64,000 nt of DNA from Octopus sinensis (GCF_006345805.1 NC_043005.1:74338001-74402000); one strand, 5' to 3'. Shown: positions 13,254 to 26,711, numbered from the stretch's first letter. Numbers and translations are program-made. The notes: generated from the letters alone by a model not told the origin.

Positions 13254-13522
13254 AAATGTCGCCCTTTTCAAGCCTAGCCAGGCTCATGGGCTCGGGTTTC
13301 CCGGTTTCTATGGCGTATTTCAGTCCATCGCAGCGATACTCAAGAAACAGGAAGAGAGCGTGAGAGACAGTTGTGGTGAAAGAGTACAACAAGGGTCGCC
13401 ACCACCCCCTTACGGAGCCTCGTGGAGCTTTTAGGTGTTTTCGCTCAATAAACACACACAACGCCCGATGTGGGAATCGAAACCGCGAGTCCGATGCCCT
13501 AACCACTGGGCCATTGCGCCTC
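13254..13522 (-). mobile_element. SINE family C, tail type 2, internally deleted
   Basis: Same head as other C copies. Its tail is matched by an inverted solo tail at ~12915-12998. Confidence 0.8.
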
Positions 13523-13729
13523 CTTTAAATATAGTAGCACAAACATAATCTCTGTACACAGGTATTATCATATATATCTGAATATACCAGAAGGATCATA
13601 ATCTACGAGTGAGACTTTTAACATATATACATTCGTATGAGACACAGTGCAATCTTAATTTGTAAAGGAAACTATTTGCTTGCCAGCCTGCCTCGGTCTG
13701 TCTATCTGTCTGTCTGTCTGTCTGTCTGC

Positions 13730-13784
<55 letters not shown>

Positions 13785-14027
13785 CTCTCTTTGTGCGTGT
13801 ATATGTGTGTGCTTTTCTTATGTGTGTTTGTTATATATCTAACTTTAAAAGATGTCACAAATATTTTTATTGTCCCACTTATAGATTTTGATAGTAAAAA
13901 TCTCTTTAGTCGGTCTCTTTTTTTTGCTTGTGAAAGTTCTAACTTTCCCAATTAATTGCTTAATTATTTAACCAAGCGCACAAACAATTATTGTTGTACT
14001 TCGTTATATATAAATGTATTGCTTTAA

Positions 14028-14242
14028 CCCTTTAGTATTTAAACCGGCCATATCCGGCCAAAATATTTAATCTGTTTTATATTCAAACTGACCAGATCCA
14101 GGCTCTCACACCTACCCTACAATGTTATTCTACATTAAGTAATTATACCATCAACATCTTAAAGATATGAGGTAATGAATGAATAATTCAAATCAATGGG
14201 AATCAATAAGCATTATGTTTGAATAACCTGAACACTAAAGGG
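14028..14242. mobile_element. piggyBac-like MITE
   Basis: TTAA|CCCTTTAGT ... ACTAAAGGG|TTAA, 215 bp. Confidence 0.8.
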
Positions 14243-14429
14243 TTAATTGTTAATTTATAATTAGGATACTACGGAAGATACAGTGTTTGAAGCTGTTGTG
14301 ATAGTTACTCTACTCCTTGCTGATTTTAGTACAACAAAGCTCCGTGGCTGTCCACGACTTTTTTTTCTGTATCAAATAACTGTCAATGTTATGCTAGTAT
14401 TTGGTGCGAATGAATAAATGAATCTATGT

Positions 14430-14745
14430 ATTTAAGTATGCATGCATACATGTATGTATGTATGTATGTATGTATGTATGTATGTATGCATGCATGTATG
14501 CATACATGTTTATACATGCATGTATGTATGTATGTATGTATGCATGCATGTATGTATGTATTATGTATCTATGTATGTATGTACGTACGTATGTATGTAT
14601 GTATGTATGTATGTATGTATGTATGTATGTATGTATGTATGTATGTATGTATGTATGTATGTATGTATGTATGCATGCATGTATGTAAGTATGTGTGTAT
14701 GTACTACGTACGTTCGTATGCATGCATGTATGTATGTATATATGT
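14430..14745. repeat. (TATG)n array
   Basis: Seen directly. Confidence 0.95.
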
Positions 14746-15339
14746 ACATTCTCTTCTGTCTTTACTTACTCGAATTCTTCCTCTGAAGAAGAAGCTGGTT
14801 TCTAACAAAGACGACAAAGCGTCATCGTTGGAATGTAGATGGCAAAAACAAAGTCACATTTTAAACTTGAGAGAAATCTCACATATTTTTACTGTCTTAC
14901 TTACAGATTATATTTGCAATGTGCAATTTTACTAGCTGATTACTTTTTTATGTCTGTATGTCTATCTGTCTGAATGTATGTACGTATGCATGTAAGTATG
15001 TATATATTTTCCAAGTTGTTGGCCTCAGTTTTACCCAAGTGTGAATAATCATTGGCTACGAGACAATTTATGAAATTTGTTCTTGTTTAGCTCCTGTTAG
15101 AAAATCTAAAAATATTGTCTACCCTAAAGCACAAAAATAGACACTGGGAAATTTTACTAATTAGGAAGCTAATTCCTTTGGAATATTACTGTAGTTTAGT
15201 AAAATATTTAAAAAAAAGCAAATTTCCCAGAGGGTATGAGCAAAATTATATTTTAGCTTCTATGTATATTTTCACTTCTTATTCTATATTTATATCTTAA
15301 TCTCTTTTTTATATTCATTATTATGACTAACACATGGTA

Positions 15340-15830
15340 TATTAGTTAGTAGAGTTGTTGTTTTGAGGTTTAATGACTATACGCCTCCTCGCATCTCAAG
15401 AACCTCGGGATTCTTGCTGAATACTTTTCTAGAGATCAATAAAGCGAGTCTCAACTGCAATATCTTTCACTCCTTTAGGTAGCAATTTGTATACTGTCCC
15501 AGGTGCATTAAATACTACAGGGATAATTATCATCTTCGTCTTTCACAACCTCTTCATCTTTGTGGCTAGGACCTGATATTTCTGCCTTGTTTTTTTTTCA
15601 GTTTCTTTGGTATCCACTCTATTGCCATAGGATATTGCAGACTCTATGATCTTATACTGTTCGTTTCTTTCGTCCTCTACGATCGTATTTGGTCTTAATG
15701 CTTCATTGGTTTGGTTAGACTTGTCGGAACAAGTTACATAAAATCTTATAATTCTTTTTCTCTCTAACACAGCCTCAGGTTTGTGCTTTGGACCATCTTC
15801 TGAAATGCTTGGATGTAACTATTCCGAAGG
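15340..15830 (-). pseudogene. R4/Dong-type non-LTR retrotransposon REL endonuclease 3' fragment
   Basis: HKPEAVLE..EALRPNTIV..IIESAISYGNRVDTKETEK..KYQVLATKMKRL..IIPVVFNAPGTV. Confidence 0.8.
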
Positions 15831-16130
15831 AATTACCTTTCATGGAACGACTGAAATTGTCAGGTTTTATTTAAGCTGCTAGTACATACCTCACGTGCAC
15901 ATACACAAACGTGCGCGCACATACACACACACACACACACGCACATACACACACACGCACGCACGCACACCTGAGCTCGTGCATGTGTCTAAATACATTT
16001 TGGTAAAGAACATTATTTCATCAAACTTAAAGATTTCGTGCTGTTGATTTTACCGTGCGCAGTACTCATTGAGGAGTCTAAAATAATGGAAGGTAATGTG
16101 GTAGTCGAGATATGCAAAGGAATGGGACGC

Positions 16131-16240
16131 CTCTGATTGGTAGATGAGGTAGATGACGTCAATATCCGTTCATTAACCATTGGGAGGTTGTTCTGCTTTG
16201 AAGTTAATCAGTAGGAATTTTGGTACATTCAGGTAACATA
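16131..16240 (+). promoter_or_regulatory. Candidate Pol II promoter and short first exon
   Basis: Inverted CCAAT at 16136-16140, CRE TGACGTCA at 16154-16161, TCAGT initiator-like motif at 16208-16212 and CAG|GTAAC at 16233. Motif arrangement only. Confidence 0.2.
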
Positions 16241-16363
16241 AGTTAAGATCATAAAACAAAATCTTAGCATGATTAGTAAGAGAATCCAAGACAGAACAAA
16301 CAAAGTCAACAAACAACCCACGATCTTAAATCTTTGGAATAACATTGGAATAATTATTAACAC

Positions 16364-16523
16364 AGGAGTGGCTGTGTGGTAAGTAGCTTGCTTACCAGCC
16401 ACATGGTTCCAGGTTCATTCCCACTGCGTGGCACCTTGGACAAGTGTCTTCTACTATAGCCTCGGGTCGACCAAATCCTTGAGAGTGGATTTGGTAGACG
16501 GAAACTGAAAGAAGCCCGTCGTA

Positions 16524-16602
<79 letters not shown>

Positions 16603-16830
16603 ATGTATGTATGTGTATATGTTTTCGTGTCTGTGTTTGGTCCCGCAACATCGCTTGACAACCGATGCTGGTGTGTTTATGTTCCCGTAACTTAGCGTTT
16701 CGGCAAAAGAGACCGATTGAATAAGTACTAGGATTCCAAAGAATAAGTCCTGTGGTCGATTTGCTCGAATAAAGGCGGTGCTCCAGCATGGCAGCTGTCA
16801 AATGACTGAAACAAGCAAAAGACAAAAGAG
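16364..16830 (+). mobile_element. SINE family A, full length
   Basis: aggagtggctgtgtggtaag..ggttcattcc..(TA)n..ggtcgatttgctcga..gaaacaagcaaaag. Confidence 0.88.
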
Positions 16831-18391
16831 AAGGAGTGAATGACGGCAAATGAAAACATAGCACATTCATGCACGTTATGTCGTTCATTGTTATTCATTT
16901 ATTAGTCAAGAGCTTTCCTAAAACGTACCAATTTTGCAAAAATACATACACTCAGAAATTACCGAAGGCTACCGGCATATCTTCAAGTAGGTCAGCAGAT
17001 GGCCTTCATTAAGTGAGAATACATGCTGGACTAATGATAGAGGAGGGGGATACTTTGTTCTTTCAATAAATATTTCGATGGTTACAAAATGGCAGGAAAT
17101 GTTTCTACTCGGAATTATAGAAAAGTCGTTTGATGAAATAAATTCTTGCTAAATGTTATAACTATATTTTTGTGGTTCATTTATCATGAAATATCATAAT
17201 GGTGGCTTTTTGCTTTGCACGTCATTCAAAGAATATGTCCGTCTTGCCCGGTAGCACTTCTTCAAGAAATCTGGCTACATCCAATGCGACACTTTCAGAA
17301 ATTTGGGTTCAGTAATCCTTGTGGTTTTCTTTCATATTGTTGCTTAGTAAGCAAAGATTGTTCTGGCTGATTAGCTTGACTGAATATTAACCTTGCTTTT
17401 AACATGGAGATACAAAAACAATTTTTTGTCTGCTGGCTGCAGCTGTCAGGGGTAAAAATTACAATACTTCTTATAATTAGAGGCAGCGTTGCAAGTCTTT
17501 CAACTTACTTTTTCTCTTAGAATGTATTAAACAATTATAACAAAGAAATTCGATCTTAGTCAAAAAAATATACGAAAATCCTTGTAAACTTTCAGAGTGT
17601 CGATGTTTGCGATTAGGACAACTCAGAGACAACAACAACAGCAACAACAATGGTAATAACCATTAGTATTGTTGTTAACAACAATGGTGATGATTATTAT
17701 TATTGTTGACCAGGCAGAATCATTAAGACATCGAACAAACCTTTAATGGCACTTCGTCCGGCTTTACATTTTGAGTTCAAATTCCACCGCAGTCCACTTA
17801 GCCTTTTATCCTCACGAGGTCGATTAAATTATTCCCAGTCAAGTACTGGGCTCACTGAAATCAACTAGGTCTCTCTCCCCTACAATTTCAGTCGTTGTGC
17901 CTATAGTAGAAAATATTATTATTGTTTTGTATAGGTAGAATTGGTTGCCATTTTTTCGGGACAAATTTTGGTGCTACCTTACGTCACCGTTGCTACTTTA
18001 TGTTTTACGAAATATTTCAAGAGAAGCTTGACATTTTAGCGTTTTCTAATGCCGAGCTATTCCTCCTTTTGTGTAATGTTAGAGTTATTTATTATATTGA
18101 TATGGCCTCCCCTGATTTTTTGGTACTGCATTTACTGTTTTCACCATTCACATCTTCGGTGAATCCTTCACTGTCTACACTCCAGAATTTTTCTACGTCA
18201 CATAATATGGGTTTCAAATTTTGATACAAGATCAGAAATGTTTGGGGAAGGTGTAAGCCGATTACGTCGACCCAGCGGAATTCGAACTCAGAACATAAGA
18301 ACAGATGAAATGCCGCTAAACACTTTTACTCACCGTAATAACGATTCTGCCTGCTCACCACCTTTATGTCATTTAATATTGGTACTAGGCT

Positions 18392-18800
18392 AGGGCGGCG
18401 AGCTGGCAAATGCTTAGCAGTATTTCCTCTACCGTTACGTTCTGAGTTCAAATTCCGCCGAGGTCGACTTTGCTTTTCATCCTTTCGGGGTCGATTAAAT
18501 AAGTACCAGTTACGCACTGGGGTCGATATAATCGACTTAATCTGTCTGTCGGTCCTTGTTTGTCCTCTAAATGTTTAACCCCTTTTGGGCAATAAAGAAA
18601 TAAGAAACGTTAGCACGCCGGGCGCAATGCTTAGCGGTATTTCGTCTGTCTTTACGTTCTGAGTTCAAATTCCACCGAGGTCGACTCTGCCTTTAATCCT
18701 TTCGGGATCGATAAATTAAGTGTCAGCTGCATACTGGGATCGATCTAATCGATTGGCTCCCTCCCCCAAAATGTTGGGCCTTGTGCCAAGTGTAGAAAAG
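18392..18800 (+). mobile_element. SINE family B dimer
   Basis: The long-tail unit joins the second unit at aaagaaataa|gaaacgttag (18603/18604). Confidence 0.85.
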
Positions 18801-18829
18801 AATATTGTTACACGGTTGATTTAAAAAAA

Positions 18830-19370
18830 ATAATTCCTCACTCGCTCATAAAGTAGTTTTCGGTTGGAATCGAACCGTTTGTTCTGTTCAGAGAATCTTT
18901 ATCACCTTTCATGTTCCTTGTGTTTTATTGTTAATACTTCCTTAATCAACATTTCTATTGTACCGGTTCTCTTCATTTGTTCATTGCTGCTTTTTACTTG
19001 AAGTAATGAAAGATTGAGCGGTATCACTTATTTTCTTTCTGTTTTTACGTTTGCTTAGATTTTTCATATTCTTGTGAGTAGATTTGAGGATGTAACCACA
19101 TGCTTTTGTGATTACTGTGATTGCTGCATATATTAAATTAGCTCAAACGTGTGAAATTGATGTTTCAGGCTAATTCGTTAAGTCAGTGATTGTTGTTTTG
19201 GCGTTTTTTTTTTATTGTTATTTCCTCGTCGAATTTTATTCACGGGAGATTCTTTCGTTGAATCATATATCTTAAATTATCAGTCAAGCACTAACTTCGA
19301 TAAAATAGTCTATCTGCCACTTACCTCTTCTTTCCTATCACTTTCCATCAAATTACGAGTCTTGGGCCTA
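18830..19370 (-). pseudogene. R4-type LINE pre-RT region, degenerate
   Basis: IYAAAITVITK and related fragments typical of the R4-clade N-terminal region. Many stops. Confidence 0.4.
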
Positions 19371-19986
19371 AATTAAAAATGATTGTCTTAAAAAATCCTA
19401 TATTATATTTGAATTCACATTTCGACAACAGATTCACGTCAAATATCTACAAAACGAAGACAATACGCCCTCAAACAAACTAACAAAAAATTAAAATAAC
19501 ACAGCAGCACAAAAAAAAGAAAGAAAAGGAGCGATAGTGCTGAAAGAAACTGCAACACATAATTAACTTTTACGACAAAAAGGAAAAAAAAAATGGCGCA
19601 TTTAAATCAGCATTTAATGGGAAAAGAAATTATATCAATAGCAGTATCATTAACCACATCCACGCGCAAATATGTATGCAAGCGTTATTGTTGTTGTTTC
19701 AGACCGCCAGGAAAAATGCGAGACGGAAGAAGAAAAATAATTCATCGAAAAGAAGGGTGAACACCAATGGAATGTAACAAATGTTGATGAGTAAAAGCAG
19801 CCTCTTCGAAACAACAACGATGTTCCTTATAGAAACAACAGAGATATTATGGAGGACAATGAATTAAGATTTCTCTGTCCTTCGAACGTCGAACCAATAT
19901 GTAAAAGGCACAATCACACATTTACGGTACGAGAGGTATTGTTGGTATGTGTTGATTATTGAGAAAGAAGTGATGGAATAGAATAT

Positions 19987-20297
19987 CACTATGATCACCG
20001 TGACCGACCAGGCTATCAGATGTTGCTACACATCGCTGGTCACAATGCGCTTCGCATAGTTTTAGCCTTCAAATGACGCCACCCCGCTGGCTAAGCGAGC
20101 AGACCAACAGAAGAAAGAGTGAGAGAAAGTTGTGGCGAAAGAGTACAGGAGGGATCGCCACCACCCCCTGCTGGAGCCTTGAGAAGCTTTAGGTGTTTTC
20201 GTTCAATAAACACTCACGACGCCCGGTCTGGAAATCGAAACCGCGATCCTACGACCACGAGTCCGCTGCCGTAACCACTGGGCCATAGTGTCTCTAC
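19987..20297 (-). mobile_element. SINE family C, tail type 1, with 12-bp target-site duplication
   Basis: GGAATAGAATAT at 19975-19986 and 20298-20309. Confidence 0.92.
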
Positions 20298-20784
20298 GGA
20301 ATAGAATATACTTTACACTAATTCGACAGGATAAAAGTTAAAAAATATTTATATATATTACAGCGGACTAAAGCAGATACAACGTAATGACGTGTGTAGT
20401 TTTCTAGCCCAAACTACTCGGAAGCATTAACGGTTATTTTTGGGCAAACAAGTCTGTAGAATGAGCAATGACGAGGTGAAAAAACTCAGCCTAGCCGATG
20501 ATTTGCTACCATATATGGGTGAGAACCATAAATGGGTTTTGCTTTATTTTCTCTTTAAAGTATTTCTTCTTTAAATTTAGAGTTCTTTTATTGTATTTTT
20601 CCATTTATTCCGCTCTGCCCCAACTTTAATCGTATAACGTCTTTCAGTTTTGTCCTCGTCTTTACGTGAGGTGTCAGATACCACCAACATCTATTTCCAA
20701 GTCCCTTGATCAACGCACTTTCCATTTTATGACATATTTTCGATCCCTTGCACGTAATAATCCTTTCTGTTATCAGTACAAGGT

Positions 20785-21432
20785 CTGAAATTTATGGTCG
20801 GATGATAGTCGATTACATCGACCCCAGTACTCTCATGGTGTTTATTTTATCGACCCCGAAAGGATGAAAGGCAAAGTCGACCTCAGCGGAATTTGAACTC
20901 AGAACGTAGCGACGGGCGAAATATCGTTAAGCATTTCGTCCAACGCGCTAACGATTCTGCCAGCTCGTCACCCTAACCCTGTACATAATAATGAAATGAT
21001 TGTAGAATAGTATAAGCGTCGTATAAAATGCCTTTCACCATATCTTCTAGCTCTTTAGAATCTGAGTTCAACTGCCACCGAGGTCGAATTTGCTTTTTAT
21101 TCTTATGGGGCTGCTGAAAATACGTACCAGTCGAGCATTGGGGTCGATGTAGTCACCTGCACCTTTCCTCAGAATTTCAGGTGTTGTGCCTAGAGTAGGA
21201 AGGATTATTATTAAAAGGCGGTGAGCTGGCAGAATCGTTAACACATCGGACAAAATGTTTAACGGCATTTCTTCCAGCTTCACGTTCTCAGTTCAAATCC
21301 CGTCGAGGTCGACTTTGCCTTTCATTATTGCGGGATATATGGAATAAGTACCAGTTGAACACTGGAGTCAATGTAATCGACTAACCCCCTCCTCCAAAAT
21401 TGCTGGCTTGTGCCAAAATTTGAGACCAATAT
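20785..21432. mobile_element. SINE family B cluster (one -, two +)
   Basis: Core and B-box homology in all three. Confidence 0.8.
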
Positions 21433-21539
21433 ATTCTGCTTTATTATACACTCTTGATGGTTTGTAATAGAAGGTTTGACCTGAGCTTCAAAATCAAAAT
21501 TACTTGAGTATTAGCTCTGACTCCTGCACTTCTCAGCCA

Positions 21540-22420
21540 TAGACGCACTTTTTCTTCGTCTCCTTCTTTTTCTTGAAGATATTGCCCAAGTAGGAACGGT
21601 TTTTCCTTTTAACCTTGCTCTAACATAACATTCTGTAACACCACTTTTAGCGTACATTTTACTTTTTCACGACTGCTGTTTTACCTTTCTCTTCACAGCT
21701 GTCTTACTTTACAATTTCTGTTTTGCATTTTTTTCTGGCGTCCTTGAATATAAAACAGTGTTTTCTTTTCGTCGTGTCTTGTATTTTACTTGTATTAGCT
21801 TTCGATTATTTTTACTACGTATTCCATTTTTTACTCCAACAGAGGATATTCTATAATAGTTTACTATTTGCATAAACTCCCATCCTCCCCGCATTCGTGG
21901 GAGATATAACCTTTCTATGTCAGATTTTGGGTGGTCTATTCTAAATGCAGTTATTATTTTTCATGTTTTTACGTCTAATCATGCTAGTTCATTTAGCTTT
22001 CAGTTGAACATTTTTAAACTGCTTCTTCCTGTAACGAAGTATTGGTACCTATTACTTTATATGATGCATTCAACTCCGTTTTAAGTATTACGCAATGCAT
22101 TCGTAACATTCCTTTCTAACTTTTTATTTCATTTGTATGTATCGTATTCTACCCAGTTAATTACAACCAAAATGTTTGTAAATTTGTGCTTGGTCTAATC
22201 CACGTATCTCCATTTCTTTATTAAGTATCATAATAGTGTTTTTAATTAATTTTTTTCTCTTTAGTGTTCCCTTGATTTATTTTTCCAATGCGAATCTCAC
22301 AGCAGTTCTTCCATTAGATGACAACTCCTTGGAATACTCTTGTTACGATACAAAAAAAATGGTGTATGTTTTTATAATTCCAGAATAGGTTGCCTTTTAC
22401 GCATGATATATTTTATGTAC
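21540..22420 (-). pseudogene. R4-type LINE RT C-terminal/thumb fragment
   Basis: HPKSDIERLYLPRMRGGWEFMQI, VINWVE and LGQY (MHGQY-like). Confidence 0.75.
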
Positions 22421-22606
22421 CTTACCATTAATGCTAGCATTGTTAATAGGTCAAGGATACTTAAAGCGGCGAGGTGGCAGAACTGTTAGCATGCCGAGCA
22501 AAATGCTTCGCGGCATTTCGTCCGCCTTTACGTCCTGGGTTCAAATGCCGAGATCGACTTTGCCTTTCATACTTTTGAAGTCAATAAAATAAGTACCGGA
22601 TCTTTA

Positions 22607-23257
22607 CCTTTTGACCGACAGATTTAAAAAATAATTTTTTGTAACTAAACACTTTCAAATTTCGGACACTGGTAGAATGTGTCATATAAAACATCTTTTA
22701 CTCTTAGCGTTTTTGAGAAGAGCTTATATTTAGGAAGTTATTTCACGTTAAGGTTGGCGTATTTCGGTAATTTCAACCAATCAATGACGTGTATTCAGCT
22801 GAATAATATTACTGCCGTTGTTTGTCAACAACAACTATCGACGGTGTATTTTCGGTTGTCACTGTTATTTATGACATCGTTCGTGCGTTTGCACTGGTTT
22901 TAGCTTTAAGGTTTTTAAGGTTAGAGTTAGGGTTTTAGGGTTAGGATGTTAGGGTTAGGGTTTTAGGGTTAAGGTGTTAGGGTTAGGGTTGTCGTAAATA
23001 ACAATGACAAACGAAATATACACCGCCGGAAGTTATTGACAAACAACAGTAGTAATTTTATTCAGCTGAATACACGTCATTGATTCGTTGAAATTACCGA
23101 AATACGCCAACTTTAACGTGAAATAACTTCCTAAATATAAGCTTCTCTCAAAAACGCTAAGAGTAAAAGATGTTTTATATGACACATTCTACCAGTGTCC
23201 GAAGTTTGAAAGTGTTTAGTTACAAAAAATTATTTTTTAAATCTGTCGGTCAAAAGG
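22607..23257. mobile_element. 651-bp foldback MITE with ~270-bp TIRs and a central TTAGGG-rich tract
   Basis: ccttttgaccgacagatt... / ...aatctgtcggtcaaaagg with TA on both sides. The outer ~190 bp are nearly identical. It interrupts a family-B SINE. Confidence 0.92.
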
Positions 23258-23554
23258 TAAGGATAACCAACCAGCCCTCACCACTAAAACTGATAGCCTT
23301 GTGTCCAAATTTTAAAGCAATATTTGATGGATTCAACTATGAGGATCATAGTCAAAATCTTTTTGGTAGTCAATATCCATTCTATACTCAGAAACATGGT
23401 TCTCTTTCTACAATCTTTAGTTCTGTCAGCGTTGATCAGTTAATTTACCTTTGCAGCCATTTGAACCTTCTCGTTTAGAAACAGGTTCTTATTTTCCTAA
23501 GGATCTATTTAATTATTTAGTTATTTGTTTTGTTTGTTTGTTTATTCTCTAGCA

Positions 23555-23780
23555 TGCCGCATGCAAGCAGGTAATGAATTCTGCTGTCGCTGGTGTTTGC
23601 TTGTCTCTGTTCTCTTGGAGATTAATACAACATTCATCGCAGCACAGAGACGCAATCGTTGTGTTGCCTCCAGCTTCTTTGGCATCTTATTAAACAACCG
23701 AGCTGATACCGTGTGTTTCGATGTGAAATATTTTAATCTGAGGTTTGGGAACTTATGTCCGGATGTTCTCCAGCTGCATC
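23555..23780 (-). pseudogene. CR1/L2-like LINE ORF2 3' end
   Basis: WRTSGHKFPNLR..SARLFNKMPKKL..QNSLP resembles the GPRLFN.LP..L / SNSL C-terminus. Confidence 0.45.
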
Positions 23781-24037
23781 ATTTTGTGTGTGTATGTGTG
23801 TGTGCATGTGTGTATGTGAGTGTACGTGTGTGTATTTGTGTTGCTGTGTGTGTGCTACTGTGTGTGCTACTGTTCTTACCTTGTTTACGCCGCCCAGATC
23901 AGCATGATGATGATGATGTTATTGTTGATGTTGCTGTTGCTGTTAATACTACTACTACTACTACTACTAGTAGTAGTAGTATTAACAGCAGCCTCGTTAT
24001 CATAATTATTCTCAACATTATATTCCCTATATTTTCG

Positions 24038-24068
<31 letters not shown>

Positions 24069-24379
24069 ATGTGTGTGTGTGTGTGCATGTTTAAAGTGTT
24101 TTAAATTCTCATTGGAAGGTATGTCGTTCTCATCAAATCTGGAACTTAGAACTGAAATGGAAACCTTTCTTGATAATATGTTTATAATCATAGTTAAGCA
24201 GACACCATAGAAACACATCCAGACAGCCGTGCATACATATAGATAGACAGATAAATAGAAAGATAAATAGATAGGCAGACAGTTAGGCAACCAGATAGAT
24301 TGATAGATAGACAGATAAATGGCATGATGGTGTAATATAAGCGTGATGTATCATATTTAACATCGACCTCATATGATAT

Positions 24380-24870
24380 GTATAGTTTTGTTTGTTTCTT
24401 ATCGACTTTCTTTTTACTGTTTTTTTCTTCGAATCTCATCGCCTTTACTTATCATAATATTTCTATTTGATAAGCGCCCACCGCTTCATTGACTCCTAAT
24501 GCATTGGGATATATTGTCTCTGTTAATCTTGTTTACTTCTGTTTGATGTCTTTACGGGTGGAAAGCATCAGAACATTTTGATTTCCTTCCCACACTTCTA
24601 AACTGTTAGCGAAATATACATTCTTGTTATTTGAGACAAGCATGTTTTTATTTTCATTTTAGATTTTTCTCTTGCAATTGCTAAGCTTTTTATTGCATCG
24701 TTCATGTCCTCCCATTGCTGACATAATTAAATATCTGTTACATATTTGGTATTGTCCTATTTCCGGTGCACGTAACACTGTCCTATTTTTATCATATTTT
24801 AGTATTGTCCAGTTACGTGTGATTATTCTTTTTAATTCTTCTTTACATTTGTTCATGACCATGTGGCATT
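24380..24870 (-). pseudogene. Possible highly degenerate Penelope-like GIY-YIG remnant
   Basis: Fragments ELKRIITRNWTIL, ERCNKK..CK, KTCLSQ..KCGK and QYIP resemble PLE pre-endonuclease and endonuclease motifs. Many stops. Confidence 0.3.
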
Positions 24871-26025
24871 ATCAACTATATTAAAAAGGTGGCGAGTAGG
24901 CAGAATCGTTAGCATGTCGGACAAAATGCTTAGCGATATTTCGTCCATCTTTAAGTTCTGAGTTCAAATTCCGCGGAGTCGACTTTGCTTTTCATCCTCT
25001 CGGGGTCGATAAAATAAGTACCAGCTGAATACTGGGGTCAATATAATTCATGACCCCCATTCACAAGGTTTCAGGCTTTGTGTTTATAGTAGAGAGGATT
25101 ATTACCTACATTCAGAAAGCAACGATTTGGCAGAATTCAGGACTTGTGCCTAAACTAAGAGGAATTATCATCTTATTCTGTTCCCCTTTCTTGTGATATG
25201 TTTAGCTTATGCCGAGGCTATTCTATGATTGTTCTATGCTGGCAAACTCTCAACATTAAATTGGACGTCAATAGAGCCACACATTTTGTTAGAAATTGCC
25301 GTCTGATGAATTGTGCTCAAACTCACTTCTAGACAATCATAAAAAAAAACAAAAAACAAAAAAGAAACTAACCAAACCACTTGTTTCAGACCGTTCTGTT
25401 CCATAAACAAACGCCTTGTTAGACAGTCTCTGAGAGGAACAGGCAGAAAACACTTCTTTCCAGTTTCATCTGCGAACTACTGCTGGAGAACCACGCTACA
25501 GCTTAATTCTATAATTCAGAAAACTTTGACTTCGTTCTAATAAGCACTTCCACAACCGATGTCTGTAACTATTGGTGTACGGTTTAATATGGAAATTCTC
25601 CATGCAGTGAATTCCCGTATTCTTTATTTTCTTAAATTACTTCTGTGTCAATCTTTAGGCATTATAAATCGCTGGAAGTTTTTCATGAAAGTACTACCAG
25701 TTGCGCATTCTGTGAAACCGTAGATTCCATTGATTAATGTAAGGGAATAGATGAATGGTTTGAGATAGTCTCTATATTTCTCATTTCGTTTTCTTGATCC
25801 AGTCCCGACAGCAACACCCTGTAACAACATCGACTGTCTCCCTCTGTGTGTGTGTATATGCGAGCAGGTATTATTTTTCTTATGTATCTTGGGTGGGTCA
25901 CTTTGCTAATAAAAAACACCCACAAATATGAACTTCCCAAGACTCAACATTGGAAATTGTTTAAACTCATGTTTGCACGTAAAATCAAATAAAAATTGCA
26001 TTGCATTCTGAATCACACTCGTATA

Positions 26026-26060
<35 letters not shown>

Positions 26061-26062
<2 letters not shown>

Positions 26063-26318
26063 CGCAGGAGTGTTTGTGTGGTAAGTATCTTGAGTACCAA
26101 CCACATGGTTCCAGGTTCAGTCTCACTGCGTAGCACCATGGGCAAGTGTCTTCTACTATAGCCTCGGGCCGACCAAAGCCTTGTGAGTGGATTTGATAGA
26201 CGGAAACTAAAAGAAGCCTGTCGTATATATATGTGTGTGTGTCTGCCTGTCTATGTTGTCCCCCACCATCGCTTGACAGCCGATATTGGTATGTTTGCGT
26301 CCCTGTAACTTAGCGGTT
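26061..26318 (+). mobile_element. SINE family A, 3' truncated
   Basis: Head and central body are present; it stops at cttagcggtt. Confidence 0.8.
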
Positions 26319-26670
26319 TGTAGATGTCTGAGACCACGCCTGTTGCGACATTTATTTAAAAAATTTCCGTAAAAGATTTTTCCCAATTCAAAACACTAAT
26401 TCCCATAAACTTGCTGCTATTCCAAATCTTTCATTGTTCAATTTGTGACAAGATTTCATTGTTCAATTTGAGTGAAAAATACATTCACTCAAGCACTTGT
26501 AGATTAATAATAGATCAATCATTAACCTGAAACTCATGACCACTTATCCACGCCATTACTCTTGCGAGCACATTTAACTGAGGAGAGACACAGAACCTAA
26601 CTAAATATTTTATTTAAATGAAATGCAAGATAACCATGAATTTGGAGATTCACAGGCAGCATTTGTCAAA

Positions 26671-26711
26671 TTAGCTGATGAGCCGCTGCTGGCGAAATTT
26701 TGAGGTCGCAA
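26671..26711 (+). ncRNA. Hammerhead ribozyme core with degenerate stem I
   Basis: CUGAUGA GCC-gcugcu-GGC GAAA UUUUGAGG UC. Stem III is wobble-palindromic with a GUC triplet. Stem I (uuag/gcaa) is mismatched at the first two positions. Confidence 0.55.

Noticed and set aside
19784-19830. UUGAUGA..CUCUUC-GAAAC..GUU hammerhead
   Set aside because: C3 is lost, stem II is broken and stem I is 1 bp, which is too degenerate to separate from chance.
15340-22420. A single fragmented R4 element spanning the three minus-strand pieces
   Set aside because: The pre-RT fragment lies between the RT and REL fragments, which is the wrong order for one element.
22921-22990. True telomere or chromosome-fusion scar
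   Set aside because: The tract is short, single-orientation and enclosed within transposon TIRs.
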